DNA from: Cyclobacteriaceae bacterium SS2
GTDB taxonomy: Bacteria > Bacteroidota > Bacteroidia > Cytophagales > Cyclobacteriaceae
DNA: 56,007 nt
Assembly (NCBI GenBank): GCA_019192515.1
Contig: JAHCMM010000115.1
Span: forward strand, 1 to 56,007
Direction: 5' to 3'
Below the pieces are notes generated by a model that was given only the letters and a program-made list of their open reading frames with translations, was not told the DNA's origin and did not search any database. Below, one piece after another: positions 26,708-36,383 of the stretch. Numbering within the stretch: the first letter of the stretch is position 1; the number at the start of each line of letters is the position of its first letter. The translations under genes and the position numbers were made by a program.

Positions 26708-27423
26708 CAGTTCTGGCGGCTTATCTCCTGAAATAATTTATTGACTTTTTCTTCCAGGTGTATAGCCCTGGGAAACAGGATTTTGTTTTCGATCTCAGCA
26801 TGATACCACATCTCCCGATCAAAAGCTTTGATCTCGTTGGTGATCACACGCCAATGTATTGAAGGATCATTCCGATCTTCAATCAGGTTTCTGATTCCTT
26901 CCAGCTCATCTTCCTCTTCGTGGGATGCGTGAATCTCACTTAGTGAAAGATGGCTCAGTTTGAGATGGCTTTCTATTTTATGTGGCAAAATGGGCTTCTC
27001 AAACTCCAGCAGGTGCTGGATATAGTGGAAGATTGTATCCTCTTCCTCGTAGATGTGCTCGATAAATTCATCTACAAATTCCGGAAACACCAATGTCAGA
27101 TCATTCTCCGACTCATAGTTATTGAGAAGCTTCACGATGTAAGGGAGCTTATCTTTGATAAAGAGGTGGTGAGTGTGTTTCAGATACTCAATGACGATCT
27201 CCAGGGGATAATGCTGGAGCTCCCTGAAAGAAAATTGATGTGACTTATTGAATAGGTAAAAACTTTGAACTACCTGCTCACGTTTCAATCCCTTTTCGGC
27301 ACAGATTTCGCTAAGTTTCTTGTTGGGGTATTGATAAAACTCTATCCCAAGACAGTTTAAGGCCCGGGCATAGATGAAGTTCTCGTCAACCAGAGAAGCT
27401 AATGTTCGATCAAATAGACGCAT
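26707..27423 (-). CDS. hemerythrin / RIC (ScdA)-like di-iron domain protein
   Basis: 238 aa. ScdA_N-like N-terminus ALNCLGIEFYQYPNKKLSEICAEKGL. His/Glu-rich helices HTHHLFIKDK, HIYEEEDTIFHYI, HAEIENKILFP. Confidence 0.5.
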   Translation of the reverse strand: MRLFDRTLASLVDENFIYARALNCLGIEFYQYPNKKLSEICAEKGLKREQVVQSFYLFNKSHQFSFRELQHYPLEIVIEYLKHTHHLFIKDKLPYIVKLLNNYESENDLTLVFPEFVDEFIEHIYEEEDTIFHYIQHLLEFEKPILPHKIESHLKLSHLSLSEIHASHEEEDELEGIRNLIEDRNDPSIHWRVITNEIKAFDREMWYHAEIENKILFPRAIHLEEKVNKLFQEISRQN

Positions 27424-27560
27424 TTAGTTTCAAAGATACTAAGACAATGGAAAATTGAATAATAACTTTGGCGGAAACGAATTTTGATTTAATGCGTTTT
27501 ACTGAGTCATGGGGTGCAAAAAAATATTTTATATTTAATATTCTATAAAAAGATACCAGG

Positions 27561-29204
27561 GTGAAGGATAAAAAACTTTCAAAAATTGCGATTGGTTTTC
27601 CACTATTTATATCCATAGCGGTCGCAGTAGGAATATTTATCGGGGCTAACATGGCCGGGCCGGAAGACGGGGTTTTCAATCTGCAAAAGAGTCTGTATAA
27701 GTTTAGACAGGTTCTTTCTTACCTAGAGAATGACTATGTAGACGAAGTCAATCCAGATGAGCTGGTGGAGTCTGCAATCTCAGAGATGCTTGAAAAACTG
27801 GACCCGCACTCTGTCTACATCCCGGCGGAAGAGTTGGATCTGGCAAAATCACAGCTTGAAGGAAATTTCGAAGGTATCGGTATTGAGTTCAATATTTTTA
27901 AAGACACCATTTATGTAGTAAGTGCCCTGAGTGGAGGTCCTTCAGAAAAAATTGGGCTTCGGTCAGGGGATAAGATTATCACTGTAGATGGTGAGGATGT
28001 TACCGGTGAGGATCTCAATAACAGGCGGGTGATCAATTTGCTAAGAGGGCCAAAAGGATCTGAGGTAAAGGTGGGGATCCTTAGAAAAGGATATAAAGAG
28101 CTTATTGATTTCACCATCGTCAGGGATGTGATCCCTCAATACTCTGTAGATGTCTCATATATGGTGGATGATGAAATCGGGTACATCAAAGTAAGTCGCT
28201 TTTCTGCCACCACTTATATGGAATTCAAGGAGGCATTGGTGCAGCTCAAGTCCCAGGGGATGAAAAAGATGATCCTGGATCTTACAGGTAACCCCGGGGG
28301 ATACATGGATCGTGCCGTAGATATGGTAGATGAAATTCTGAAGGACCAGCAGATGATCGTTTATACCAAGGGCAAAGAATCTCGCTACAACTCTCAGCAC
28401 TTGTCTAAAAATCCCGGAGATTTTGAGGAGGGTGCTGTAGTAGTCATGATCAATGAAGGATCAGCATCAGCTTCGGAAATTGTGTCCGGTGCGTTACAGG
28501 ATCATGACAGGGCCATTATTGTGGGTCGCAGGTCTTTTGGTAAGGGCCTGGTACAATTACCAATTTCACTCAATGACGGATCAGAGCTGAGATTGACCAT
28601 TTCCCGATACTATACACCTAGTGGCAGAAGTATTCAAAAGCCTTACGGTCAGAATACGGAGGATTATTACAGCGAATACTACGACCGGTTTAAGAACGGT
28701 GAAATGTATGTGAAGGATAGTGCAAAAGTGGTTGACTCCCTGGTTTACAAGACCGATGCAGGAAGAAATGTATATGGTGGTGGAGGGATCATGCCGGATT
28801 ATTTTGTGCCATTAGATTCTTCTCAGAGTAGTCTTTTTCTTTCCCGACTTTCCAATACCAATACCATCAGGGAATATGCGCTGAAATATTTCGAAGCCAA
28901 CAAGGAAAAACTTGAGAGGTATTCTTTAGAGCAATATATCAGTGACTTTAAGGTTACCGACAAAATGATGGATGATCTACTTAAGCTAAGTATTCAGAAT
29001 GGTGTACCGAAAGATGAAAGAGGTTTTGAAAAGTCCAGGGAGCTCATCAGGGTATATACCAAAGCATTTATTGCACGAAGTGTCTGGGACAACAAAGGAT
29101 TTTATCCAATCTTTAATGAGCAGGACGAGATTTTTCAGAAAGCTGTTTCCCTGGTTGACGAAGCTGAGAGTCTCCTGAAAAGAAGGATAGGCTCCTCAAA
29201 TTGA
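27561..29204 (+). CDS. S41-family C-terminal processing peptidase with a PDZ domain
   Basis: 547 aa with a GTG start. GIGIEF, PDZ SGGPSEKIGLRSGDKIITVDG, LDLTGNPGG, catalytic GSASASEI and FGKGLVQ. Confidence 0.9.
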   Translation: MKDKKLSKIAIGFPLFISIAVAVGIFIGANMAGPEDGVFNLQKSLYKFRQVLSYLENDYVDEVNPDELVESAISEMLEKLDPHSVYIPAEELDLAKSQLEGNFEGIGIEFNIFKDTIYVVSALSGGPSEKIGLRSGDKIITVDGEDVTGEDLNNRRVINLLRGPKGSEVKVGILRKGYKELIDFTIVRDVIPQYSVDVSYMVDDEIGYIKVSRFSATTYMEFKEALVQLKSQGMKKMILDLTGNPGGYMDRAVDMVDEILKDQQMIVYTKGKESRYNSQHLSKNPGDFEEGAVVVMINEGSASASEIVSGALQDHDRAIIVGRRSFGKGLVQLPISLNDGSELRLTISRYYTPSGRSIQKPYGQNTEDYYSEYYDRFKNGEMYVKDSAKVVDSLVYKTDAGRNVYGGGGIMPDYFVPLDSSQSSLFLSRLSNTNTIREYALKYFEANKEKLERYSLEQYISDFKVTDKMMDDLLKLSIQNGVPKDERGFEKSRELIRVYTKAFIARSVWDNKGFYPIFNEQDEIFQKAVSLVDEAESLLKRRIGSSN

Positions 29205-30998
29205 GATAGCTGCCTGGTAAGCCTGATCATAATATTTGACCAGCTGATCCCATCCAAACAGGTTGGAGGAAGCCTCACTTCGGTTTCTCATTTCTATTCG
29301 TTGTCTACGTGTTAGTCTGGCAAAGTTATACAGCCTGTTTGCCAGCTGCCCGGCAGCATGATCAAAGGACTTTTCCTGTCTTTGGATCACATAGATGCCT
29401 CGCTTGTCGTGGTCTTTCACATGTTTTTTCACATAGTCGCCAAATCCTGCCAGGTCACTAGTCACAGCCGGGATACCGCTAGCCAAACATTCCAGTGGGG
29501 TATAGCCCCACGGTTCGTAGTAGCTTGGGAAAATCCCCAGGTGACAACCACGAACAAACTGTCCATATTCCATGGAGAATAGTGTATTTGTGTAATTTAT
29601 GAAATCCGGATGATATACTACTTTCACCCGATCTTCCTTCTTATTTACAAGGTTTGAAGCCCTAATGAAGTTGAGTATCTCATCATTGGAGTCATCCACC
29701 AGGTTGTGTGTTACTACCGGAGGCAGAGAGTCAGACTTCCAGGTTTGCAATGTTCTTCGGTACCGCAGTCTCCAGTAGTCATCCACGAATCGATTAAGGT
29801 CAGGAAGACGAGTATCGTCGCGTGCAGCTGCATCGAACAGCAGCCTTTCACCCACCTGCCTTTTGATGGCATTTATCGTTTCTCGAAATTCTTCAAGCAA
29901 TGCTCTGCTCTGAAGTATTTCCGGGTTGATGGAGTAGTAGGGTTTCTTGGTGATGAAAAACATCACCACAGTAAGGTCTGACTTTTCAGTAAGTAGTCTG
30001 TGATTTAATCGGGCAAGTGCTTCCAGGGTCAGATCATAACCTTTGTTGAGGTATTCATAACGCCCGGAAGTAAATAAATAAAGTGTTTTGTTGAGGTCGA
30101 ATGTATAGCTTGAAAAGAAATGAGCCATGGTAAAGCTATGGATCTTGTTTTTCGCTTCCACATGGAGATTTTGAAATTCATGTAATGCCTCAAATCGTTC
30201 ATTGTTGATTCCATTGGGAAGCACATAATCGGGAGACCTTCCCAGCAGCTGACGGCATTCTTTGGCGGTGACCTCACTTACTGTTGTGAAGATGTGGGCA
30301 CCATGTACCGCGGCTCGTTCCAAAGCTACAATCGATTCAATGTTGAAGTGTTTGGCTTCACGTTGCCAATCCATAAACGGAAGATGTTCATAAAACTGGG
30401 GATCATTCATGGCCAGATATCGGCCAAGCATGGTAGCATGTGTAGTGAAGACAGTGGTTACTTTAAGTTTTTTTCTGCGAATCTCCGGTAGGCTGGTCGC
30501 AGACATCCATTCATGAAAATGAGCCAGCACCTGTTTTCCATTGCCTTCGTTGGAGAGGTGTTCGAGGAAGATCTGCACGAGCTCTCCAAAGGCAAGCACA
30601 TCATTGAAAAGGTGATCGTCCGCTGGAGAAGAGATTCCATGGTTTTCCCAAAGGAAATATTTGATCTCACCAAGTTTATGCATGATGCTGCCCAGGTCAA
30701 ATAATATGACTTTTGGTCTACCACTGACCAGCCAATGCCCATACAACACTCTGTAGCCTTCGCTTTGCATCTTCTTTACCACTTTGGCATAGGAGTCTCT
30801 GGCATCATCGATGGGTTCGAATTCTGATGCATAGTGGGGCATATAGGGTCCGATCAGGCAATAATTGGCACCCCATTTTCTGGTGACAGTGGGTACTTTA
30901 GAACGGATAACCGTGTAGATACCCCCCACCTGGTTCACTACTTCCCATGCTATTTCCACCAGGTAGGTGTTTCGGATTTCTTTTTTAGTTATTCCCAT
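29196..30998 (-). CDS. GT3-family (eukaryote-type) glycogen synthase
   Basis: 600 aa. N-terminal LVEIAWEVVNQVGGIYTVIRSK, HFHEWM, and C-terminal PSYYEPWGYTPLECLASGIPAVTS. Confidence 0.8.
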   Translation of the reverse strand: MGITKKEIRNTYLVEIAWEVVNQVGGIYTVIRSKVPTVTRKWGANYCLIGPYMPHYASEFEPIDDARDSYAKVVKKMQSEGYRVLYGHWLVSGRPKVILFDLGSIMHKLGEIKYFLWENHGISSPADDHLFNDVLAFGELVQIFLEHLSNEGNGKQVLAHFHEWMSATSLPEIRRKKLKVTTVFTTHATMLGRYLAMNDPQFYEHLPFMDWQREAKHFNIESIVALERAAVHGAHIFTTVSEVTAKECRQLLGRSPDYVLPNGINNERFEALHEFQNLHVEAKNKIHSFTMAHFFSSYTFDLNKTLYLFTSGRYEYLNKGYDLTLEALARLNHRLLTEKSDLTVVMFFITKKPYYSINPEILQSRALLEEFRETINAIKRQVGERLLFDAAARDDTRLPDLNRFVDDYWRLRYRRTLQTWKSDSLPPVVTHNLVDDSNDEILNFIRASNLVNKKEDRVKVVYHPDFINYTNTLFSMEYGQFVRGCHLGIFPSYYEPWGYTPLECLASGIPAVTSDLAGFGDYVKKHVKDHDKRGIYVIQRQEKSFDHAAGQLANRLYNFARLTRRQRIEMRNRSEASSNLFGWDQLVKYYDQAYQAAISI

Positions 30999-31171
30999 GA
31001 TTCAGGTTAGAATGGTGTTATCAGTAAATATATCCGAAAAGTTGGTTAAATACTTTCCATCGAATATTTAACATTTCTTCATGTAACCATTGATGACTAC
31101 CGAAGTATTCAGGGTGAAACATTTTTCAAAATGAGTGCAACCAAACGGTCTCTTTTGTCATCTAAAGGAAT

Positions 31172-31369
31172 ATGCACATGAGAAATTCCAGAATTATAAC
31201 CTTGCTCCTTCTACTTATGCTTTTTTCGTTTATTAGCGAGATAGAAGACAAACTCAAAGAGAAAGTGAGCACCTGGACACTCAGGTATACAGAGCAACTT
31301 GAATTGGGATTTAAATTCACTCCACTGGACCTCAGCTCCGACTCTTTGTTTTTTAGCGTCCTGAAATAA
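31172..31369 (+). CDS. possible small secreted protein
   Basis: 65 aa with a hydrophobic N-terminus IITLLLLLMLFSFIS, in a 556-bp gap that is otherwise empty. Coding status is uncertain. Confidence 0.25.
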   Translation: MHMRNSRIITLLLLLMLFSFISEIEDKLKEKVSTWTLRYTEQLELGFKFTPLDLSSDSLFFSVLK

Positions 31370-31554
31370 ACTTTCCGCAGAATCGTTTTATTAGAGGGAT
31401 TATCTATTACAGTTTATTTATCTTTAGACGCTAATAAATTGTGAATGCTTTTTTTACAGCAGATCGCTCCATTTTATGGTCTGTTTGTTGTTATAAGAAA
31501 AGAAGTAATTTTCAGGAGTCAAAAAGGTGAAATCAACATTATCATTTAATAATT

Positions 31555-32487
31555 ATGGATCAAGACAAGTATTTAGCTTTACTTGAGGTATGGCAAAAAA
31601 TTGCCTGGATTGGATTTTTTGTAAGTGTCAGCGTTGCAGTATTAATATTTTTGGTCCATCAGATATCTTATTTATCTGCAAAAGGATATAAGCAGAAGTT
31701 TGATATAGCCAGCAGGCATGAGATAGGCCGTTACATTTATGCTAACTATGCATTGGCTGTTGCAGCGTTTTTCATCATTAATACGTTGCAATATGAGACC
31801 GTACAGCTGAGCCCCATCTGGTTTTTTATCAGGATGTTCATCGGTATATGTGGTGGTACACTACACGGATACATCACGCATCTGATTTTTAAGTATTATT
31901 ACCCTGGTCCACTGGATAAAAAATTAAAGAGGTTGAGATACACTCCTCGAACCAACCCAAGAACCGGTGCTAAACTGAAACTTTTGTCGGAAGAAGAGGA
32001 GGATGCCTATCTTGATGAAGGGATGCAGGCCGAGGAAGATGCCTTTTCTGTTGATTACGATGTATGGATAGATACCAATACGGGTGAGACATTCATCGAG
32101 AAATACAAAGGATACCTGAGTGCTCTTGAGTGCGACAGGTGTGGGTTCCAGACTCTGAAGCTTCAAAAGGAAGAGGTCTTACAACCTGCATCGGCATTTG
32201 AAGATGGAGAACTACTAAAAGAATATAAGTGCTCTTATTGTGGCAGGATCCGAAGGAAGAAGGTGAAGCTTTCCAAAAGAATGGAAAGAGACAAAACAAA
32301 GAGTATTCTTATTGATAACCCGCTTAGTTTGGATAAGCGCATTAACCATGTGAAAATTGAAATCCACAGTGTTGATGGTGAAAACAAAATTTTCGAGTTC
32401 CAGAATATTCAGCAGGCGGAAAACTTCCTAAAGGAATTTGACTTTGATAAAGTTGAAGAAAATCATGCGAAGTTTCACGGGAATTAG
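31555..32487 (+). CDS. hypothetical membrane protein with a C-terminal CxxC...CxxC zinc-ribbon
   Basis: 310 aa. Three or four N-terminal TM segments, an acidic linker, then CDRCGFQ ... CSYCGRIRRKK. Confidence 0.55.
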   Translation: MDQDKYLALLEVWQKIAWIGFFVSVSVAVLIFLVHQISYLSAKGYKQKFDIASRHEIGRYIYANYALAVAAFFIINTLQYETVQLSPIWFFIRMFIGICGGTLHGYITHLIFKYYYPGPLDKKLKRLRYTPRTNPRTGAKLKLLSEEEEDAYLDEGMQAEEDAFSVDYDVWIDTNTGETFIEKYKGYLSALECDRCGFQTLKLQKEEVLQPASAFEDGELLKEYKCSYCGRIRRKKVKLSKRMERDKTKSILIDNPLSLDKRINHVKIEIHSVDGENKIFEFQNIQQAENFLKEFDFDKVEENHAKFHGN

Positions 32488-33386
32488 CGCCTTCCGGATT
32501 TTCTGATGAGATGTGTCTGATTGGTGATATATACGCCAATAAGTACAGCCAGCATTCCCAGCAAATGACTGAGTAGCAGGGTCTCTCCGTCGATGAGTCC
32601 CCATACGACTGCAATTACCGGAATGATGTAAGTAACTGATGAGGTAAAGACTGGATTGGTCAGCTGCACAATCTTGTTGAAGATGATCAACGCGATAGCG
32701 GTTCCTAAAACACCTAGTAGACAGATGTAAAGAACTGCCTGGAGTGTCCCCTCCTGTCCTAATTTGCTAGTGAAATCACTAAACCCAAAAAGTGTGATGG
32801 CGGCAAATGGCCCAACTACAAACAATGAAATGCTCGTGATGGTCACCGATCGGTATTCACTTAGCTGATATTTGATCAGATTGGAATTTGTTGCATAAAG
32901 CATGGTGGCGATGATGATGAAAAAGCCATAGAAGTTGATCTTGCTGAGTTGGCCCTCCGATCCGGCAGTGATAAGGAGAACCGAACCAATAAAACCCACC
33001 ACGATACCTATCCAAACAGAGGCTTTTTGTCTTTGCTTGAAAAACCAAAGCCCGAATAGTACAGTGAACAGTGGTGTCAGCGTATTCAGGATTCCTGTTA
33101 CGGCGCTTTCAATGCGAGTCTGAGCAATGGCAAATAAAAAAGCCGGGATAAAGCTGCCTGATAATCCAACGGCAATGAAATACTTTATTTTTTCTCGCCT
33201 GATCAGCTTAAACCTGCTGATAACAAATGGAAGTAATGTAATGGATGCCGAGAGCATCCGTATGGATCCTACCTCCAGAGGTGATAATGATACAAGACCT
33301 TTTTTGATCAGAATGAAAGAACTGCCCCAAACCAGTGCCAAAAGCAAAAGTAACAGCCAGGCCTGAAGAGGGGGCTTCTCATTCAT
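32484..33386 (-). CDS. EamA/DMT-family transporter
   Basis: 300 aa with ten hydrophobic segments in two halves. The first half begins ALVWGSSFILIKKGL. Confidence 0.8.
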   Translation of the reverse strand: MNEKPPLQAWLLLLLLALVWGSSFILIKKGLVSLSPLEVGSIRMLSASITLLPFVISRFKLIRREKIKYFIAVGLSGSFIPAFLFAIAQTRIESAVTGILNTLTPLFTVLFGLWFFKQRQKASVWIGIVVGFIGSVLLITAGSEGQLSKINFYGFFIIIATMLYATNSNLIKYQLSEYRSVTITSISLFVVGPFAAITLFGFSDFTSKLGQEGTLQAVLYICLLGVLGTAIALIIFNKIVQLTNPVFTSSVTYIIPVIAVVWGLIDGETLLLSHLLGMLAVLIGVYITNQTHLIRKSGRR

Positions 33387-34378
33387 CAGAGCATTACTTC
33401 CTCCGCAAAAGTTTCTGGGATAGCAGCCAGAATTTCGTTGAGTTGTTCAAGGGTGTCTGCCTCTACCAGTTGAGTTCTGAATGATTTGAAGTTTGGGATA
33501 CCTCTGAAGTAGTTGGTGTAATGCCTTCTCATCTCGAAAATCCCTTTTTTCTCTCCTTTCCATTCTACAGAGAAGTCGAGATGTTTTCTGGTGACGTTCA
33601 CCCGCTCCATCAGATCTGGCTTTTGGAGGTGCGTCCCGGTTTTCATATAATGTTTGATTTCATTGAATATCCAGGGATATCCGATTGCAGCCCGGCCAAT
33701 CATTACTCCGTCCACTCCATATCTGTTCCTGTATTCCAGCGCTTTTTCAGGGGAGTCAATATCTCCGTTACCAAAAATTGGTATGTGGATATCAGGATGA
33801 TTTTTCACCTCAGCGATAGGTCCCCAGTCTGCTTCACCTTTATACATCTGCTGCCTGGTACGACCATGAATGGAAAGAGCCTGGATGCCCACATCCTGTA
33901 ATCGTTGGGCTACTTCCACTATCTTGATGGTGTTGGCATCCCATCCCAGCCTGGTTTTTACGGTGACAGGCTTGGAAACTGATTTTACAATCTCGGCAGT
34001 CATGGCCTGCATCTTGGGAAGGTCAAGCAATATGCCAGCCCCTGCACCTTTACAGGCAACCTTTTTCACCGGACAGCCATAGTTGATGTCGATAATCTCC
34101 GGATTGGCTTCCTCGGCGATGGCTGCAGCTTCACGCATAGACTCAATCTTGTCCCCAAAGATCTGTATCCCGATCGGGCGTTCGTAATCGTAGATGTCAA
34201 GCTTTTCTACGCTCTTTTCTGCATTGCGGATCAGCCCTTCGGAAGAGATAAATTCCGTATACATCAGGTCCGCACCATTTTCCTTACATACGGCTCTGAA
34301 TGGAGGATCACTTACGTCCTCCATAGGTGCCAGCAACAAAGGAAATTCTCCTAATTCAATGTTTGAGATCTTAACCAA
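33386..34378 (-). CDS. dusB: tRNA-dihydrouridine synthase
   Basis: 330 aa. LAPMEDVSDPPFR, IDINYGCPVKKV (catalytic Cys), HGRTRQQMYKG. Confidence 0.9.
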   Translation of the reverse strand: MVKISNIELGEFPLLLAPMEDVSDPPFRAVCKENGADLMYTEFISSEGLIRNAEKSVEKLDIYDYERPIGIQIFGDKIESMREAAAIAEEANPEIIDINYGCPVKKVACKGAGAGILLDLPKMQAMTAEIVKSVSKPVTVKTRLGWDANTIKIVEVAQRLQDVGIQALSIHGRTRQQMYKGEADWGPIAEVKNHPDIHIPIFGNGDIDSPEKALEYRNRYGVDGVMIGRAAIGYPWIFNEIKHYMKTGTHLQKPDLMERVNVTRKHLDFSVEWKGEKKGIFEMRRHYTNYFRGIPNFKSFRTQLVEADTLEQLNEILAAIPETFAEEVML

Positions 34379-34415
34379 TTCTTATCCCTATTTTTGCCGT
34401 AAATTTAGCCCAAAT

Positions 34416-35360
34416 ATGCAGAATATCCTTAGGAACACTTCAACAGACCCATTAGGTTCCACACCATGGCTATTGCTTTTGATACTTGGGGGATATGTAA
34501 TTACAGCTCTTTTCCTATTTTCATTCCTGGCGCAGGCCATTATTTTACCCTTCTTTGAGTTTGATCTGCAAAAGGCTCTTTCTGTGCTTACCCCACCTTA
34601 TAGGTCTGATGATGCGAGAGTACCCCTGTTAATTATTCAAGCTGTTACCTCCATTGGTGCTTTTGTCCTTATACCATGGTTTTTTATCAGCAGAAATCTC
34701 AATCTGAAGATCGGCTCATTCCTGACTTATCCTTCACAGCTATATCAACCTCTGCTCATGACCATCCTGATCATGTTCAGTTTCATGGTGGTTAATTCAA
34801 TGTTTATTGAGTGGAACAGAAACATCGTTTTTCCTGAATTTTTAGCCTGGTTTGAGGATTATGTTTCTTCAAAGGAAGGAGAACTGGAGCTGCTTACAAA
34901 CTATATCACCTCATTTCAGAATATCTGGCAATTCCTTTTTGGTTTTCTGATCATTGCGATCCTGCCTGCAATTGGGGAAGAGCTACTCTTTAGGGGGCTC
35001 ATTCAAAATCTTTTTGCCGAAGCTTTGAAAAATAAACACGCTGCCATCTGGCTGACTGCTTTTATTTTTGGAGCGATGCACATGCAATTTTATGGGATGG
35101 TACCCCGTGTTTTGCTGGGAGCATTGTTTGGCTATCTCTATTTTTGGTCGGGTCATTTGTCCATTGCCATGTTTGCGCATTTCATCAACAACGGATTCAC
35201 GCTGGTGTTGCTATATCTTGGCCAGGAAGGCTGGATAGAATATGACCCGGTAAGCAAAGAAAATACACCTCCCATTATGGTGGTCGTCTTTTTCTTTGTT
35301 GTAGTTTCGGGGTTATTATTACTTTTTAGAAATTACTTTAGGATGGGAGAAAATGGTTGA
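34416..35360 (+). CDS. CPBP-family intramembrane glutamic endopeptidase (CAAX-protease-like)
   Basis: IGEELLFRG, FGAMH, FAHFINN. The start is taken at the ATG at 34416 because the track ORF start (34194) overlaps dusB on the opposite strand. Confidence 0.8.
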   Translation: MQNILRNTSTDPLGSTPWLLLLILGGYVITALFLFSFLAQAIILPFFEFDLQKALSVLTPPYRSDDARVPLLIIQAVTSIGAFVLIPWFFISRNLNLKIGSFLTYPSQLYQPLLMTILIMFSFMVVNSMFIEWNRNIVFPEFLAWFEDYVSSKEGELELLTNYITSFQNIWQFLFGFLIIAILPAIGEELLFRGLIQNLFAEALKNKHAAIWLTAFIFGAMHMQFYGMVPRVLLGALFGYLYFWSGHLSIAMFAHFINNGFTLVLLYLGQEGWIEYDPVSKENTPPIMVVVFFFVVVSGLLLLFRNYFRMGENG

Positions 35361-35556
35361 GTGGCAAAAGGTGTATCAGGATCCCCAACAATACAGAGCA
35401 GAGATTGTGAAAGCAATTCTTGAAGATCATGACCTGGCCCCTGTGTTGGTAGATAAAAAAGATTCAGCATATCAGTTCGGCCATTTTGAAGTTCACGTAG
35501 CTGCTGATCACGTGATCAGGGCACTCAAAATAATTAATGAGGAGATCAGGTTTTGA
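35353..35556 (+). CDS. DUF2007-like small protein
   Basis: 67 aa. WQKVYQDPQQYRAEIVKAILEDHDL...HFEVHV pattern. It overlaps both neighbours by a few nt. Confidence 0.55.
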   Translation: MVEWQKVYQDPQQYRAEIVKAILEDHDLAPVLVDKKDSAYQFGHFEVHVAADHVIRALKIINEEIRF

Positions 35557-36371
35557 CGAAATTTACAGATTTATATAAGCGGGTTCTATCAGCCCTGGCA
35601 GGTGCCACAGTAATTGTTTCATCCCTGCTCATTGGGGAGTGGTCTTATTTTATTGTTTTTTTGGCGATCAGCATTTTCTCTCAGTGGGAATTCTATCGTC
35701 TCGTCAAGCTGCGTAGCTATCTTCCTATCAGGCTGTTGGGAGTGATCCTGGGAACCATCATTTTTTGTTTTTCATTTTTTATAGAAAAGAATCATCTGGA
35801 CCCAAAGTATTACTATGCGATATTTCCATTGGCCTCCCTGGTATTTTTGATCAAACTCTACAAGCGTAATGACACATCACCATTCATCAATATTGCTTTG
35901 TTTTATTTGGGGATTACCTATGTAGCACTTCCCTTTGCATTGATGAATGTGGTGGTATTTTACCACGGATACTATAGCTACCAGATCATGCTGGGGCTGA
36001 TGATGATCATCTGGTCTAGTGATACGGGAGCTTATTTTGCTGGCATCAGGTTTGGCAAGACGAAACTTTTTGAGCGCATTTCTCCCAAAAAATCCTGGGA
36101 AGGAGCCCTGGGTGGTGCTGTAGTAGCACTGTTGATGGCCTATGGTATGTCTCATTTCTATAAGGATCTGCTTTTGTGGCAATGGCTTTGTGTAGCCATG
36201 ATCGTTGTGATTGCAGGAACCTATGGAGACCTGGTAGAGTCATTGTTTAAGCGGTCGATGGAAATCAAAGATTCGGGAAGCATTATACCGGGTCATGGTG
36301 GTTTTTTGGACCGTTTTGATAGTTTGATTCTTTCTGTTCCTTTTATTGTTGTTTTCCTTAAGCTTTTTTAA
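35553..36371 (+). CDS. cdsA: phosphatidate cytidylyltransferase
   Basis: 272 aa with a TTG start. SDTGAYFAGIRFGKTKLFERISPKKSWEGALGG and GHGGFLDRFDS. Confidence 0.9.
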   Translation: MTKFTDLYKRVLSALAGATVIVSSLLIGEWSYFIVFLAISIFSQWEFYRLVKLRSYLPIRLLGVILGTIIFCFSFFIEKNHLDPKYYYAIFPLASLVFLIKLYKRNDTSPFINIALFYLGITYVALPFALMNVVVFYHGYYSYQIMLGLMMIIWSSDTGAYFAGIRFGKTKLFERISPKKSWEGALGGAVVALLMAYGMSHFYKDLLLWQWLCVAMIVVIAGTYGDLVESLFKRSMEIKDSGSIIPGHGGFLDRFDSLILSVPFIVVFLKLF

Positions 36372-36383
36372 TTCATTCACCCC

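Noticed and set aside
34194-34415. N-terminal 74-aa extension of the CPBP protease ORF
   Set aside because: It overlaps the dusB coding region on the opposite strand. It lacks CPBP-like sequence, and a good ATG at 34416 follows the dusB start.
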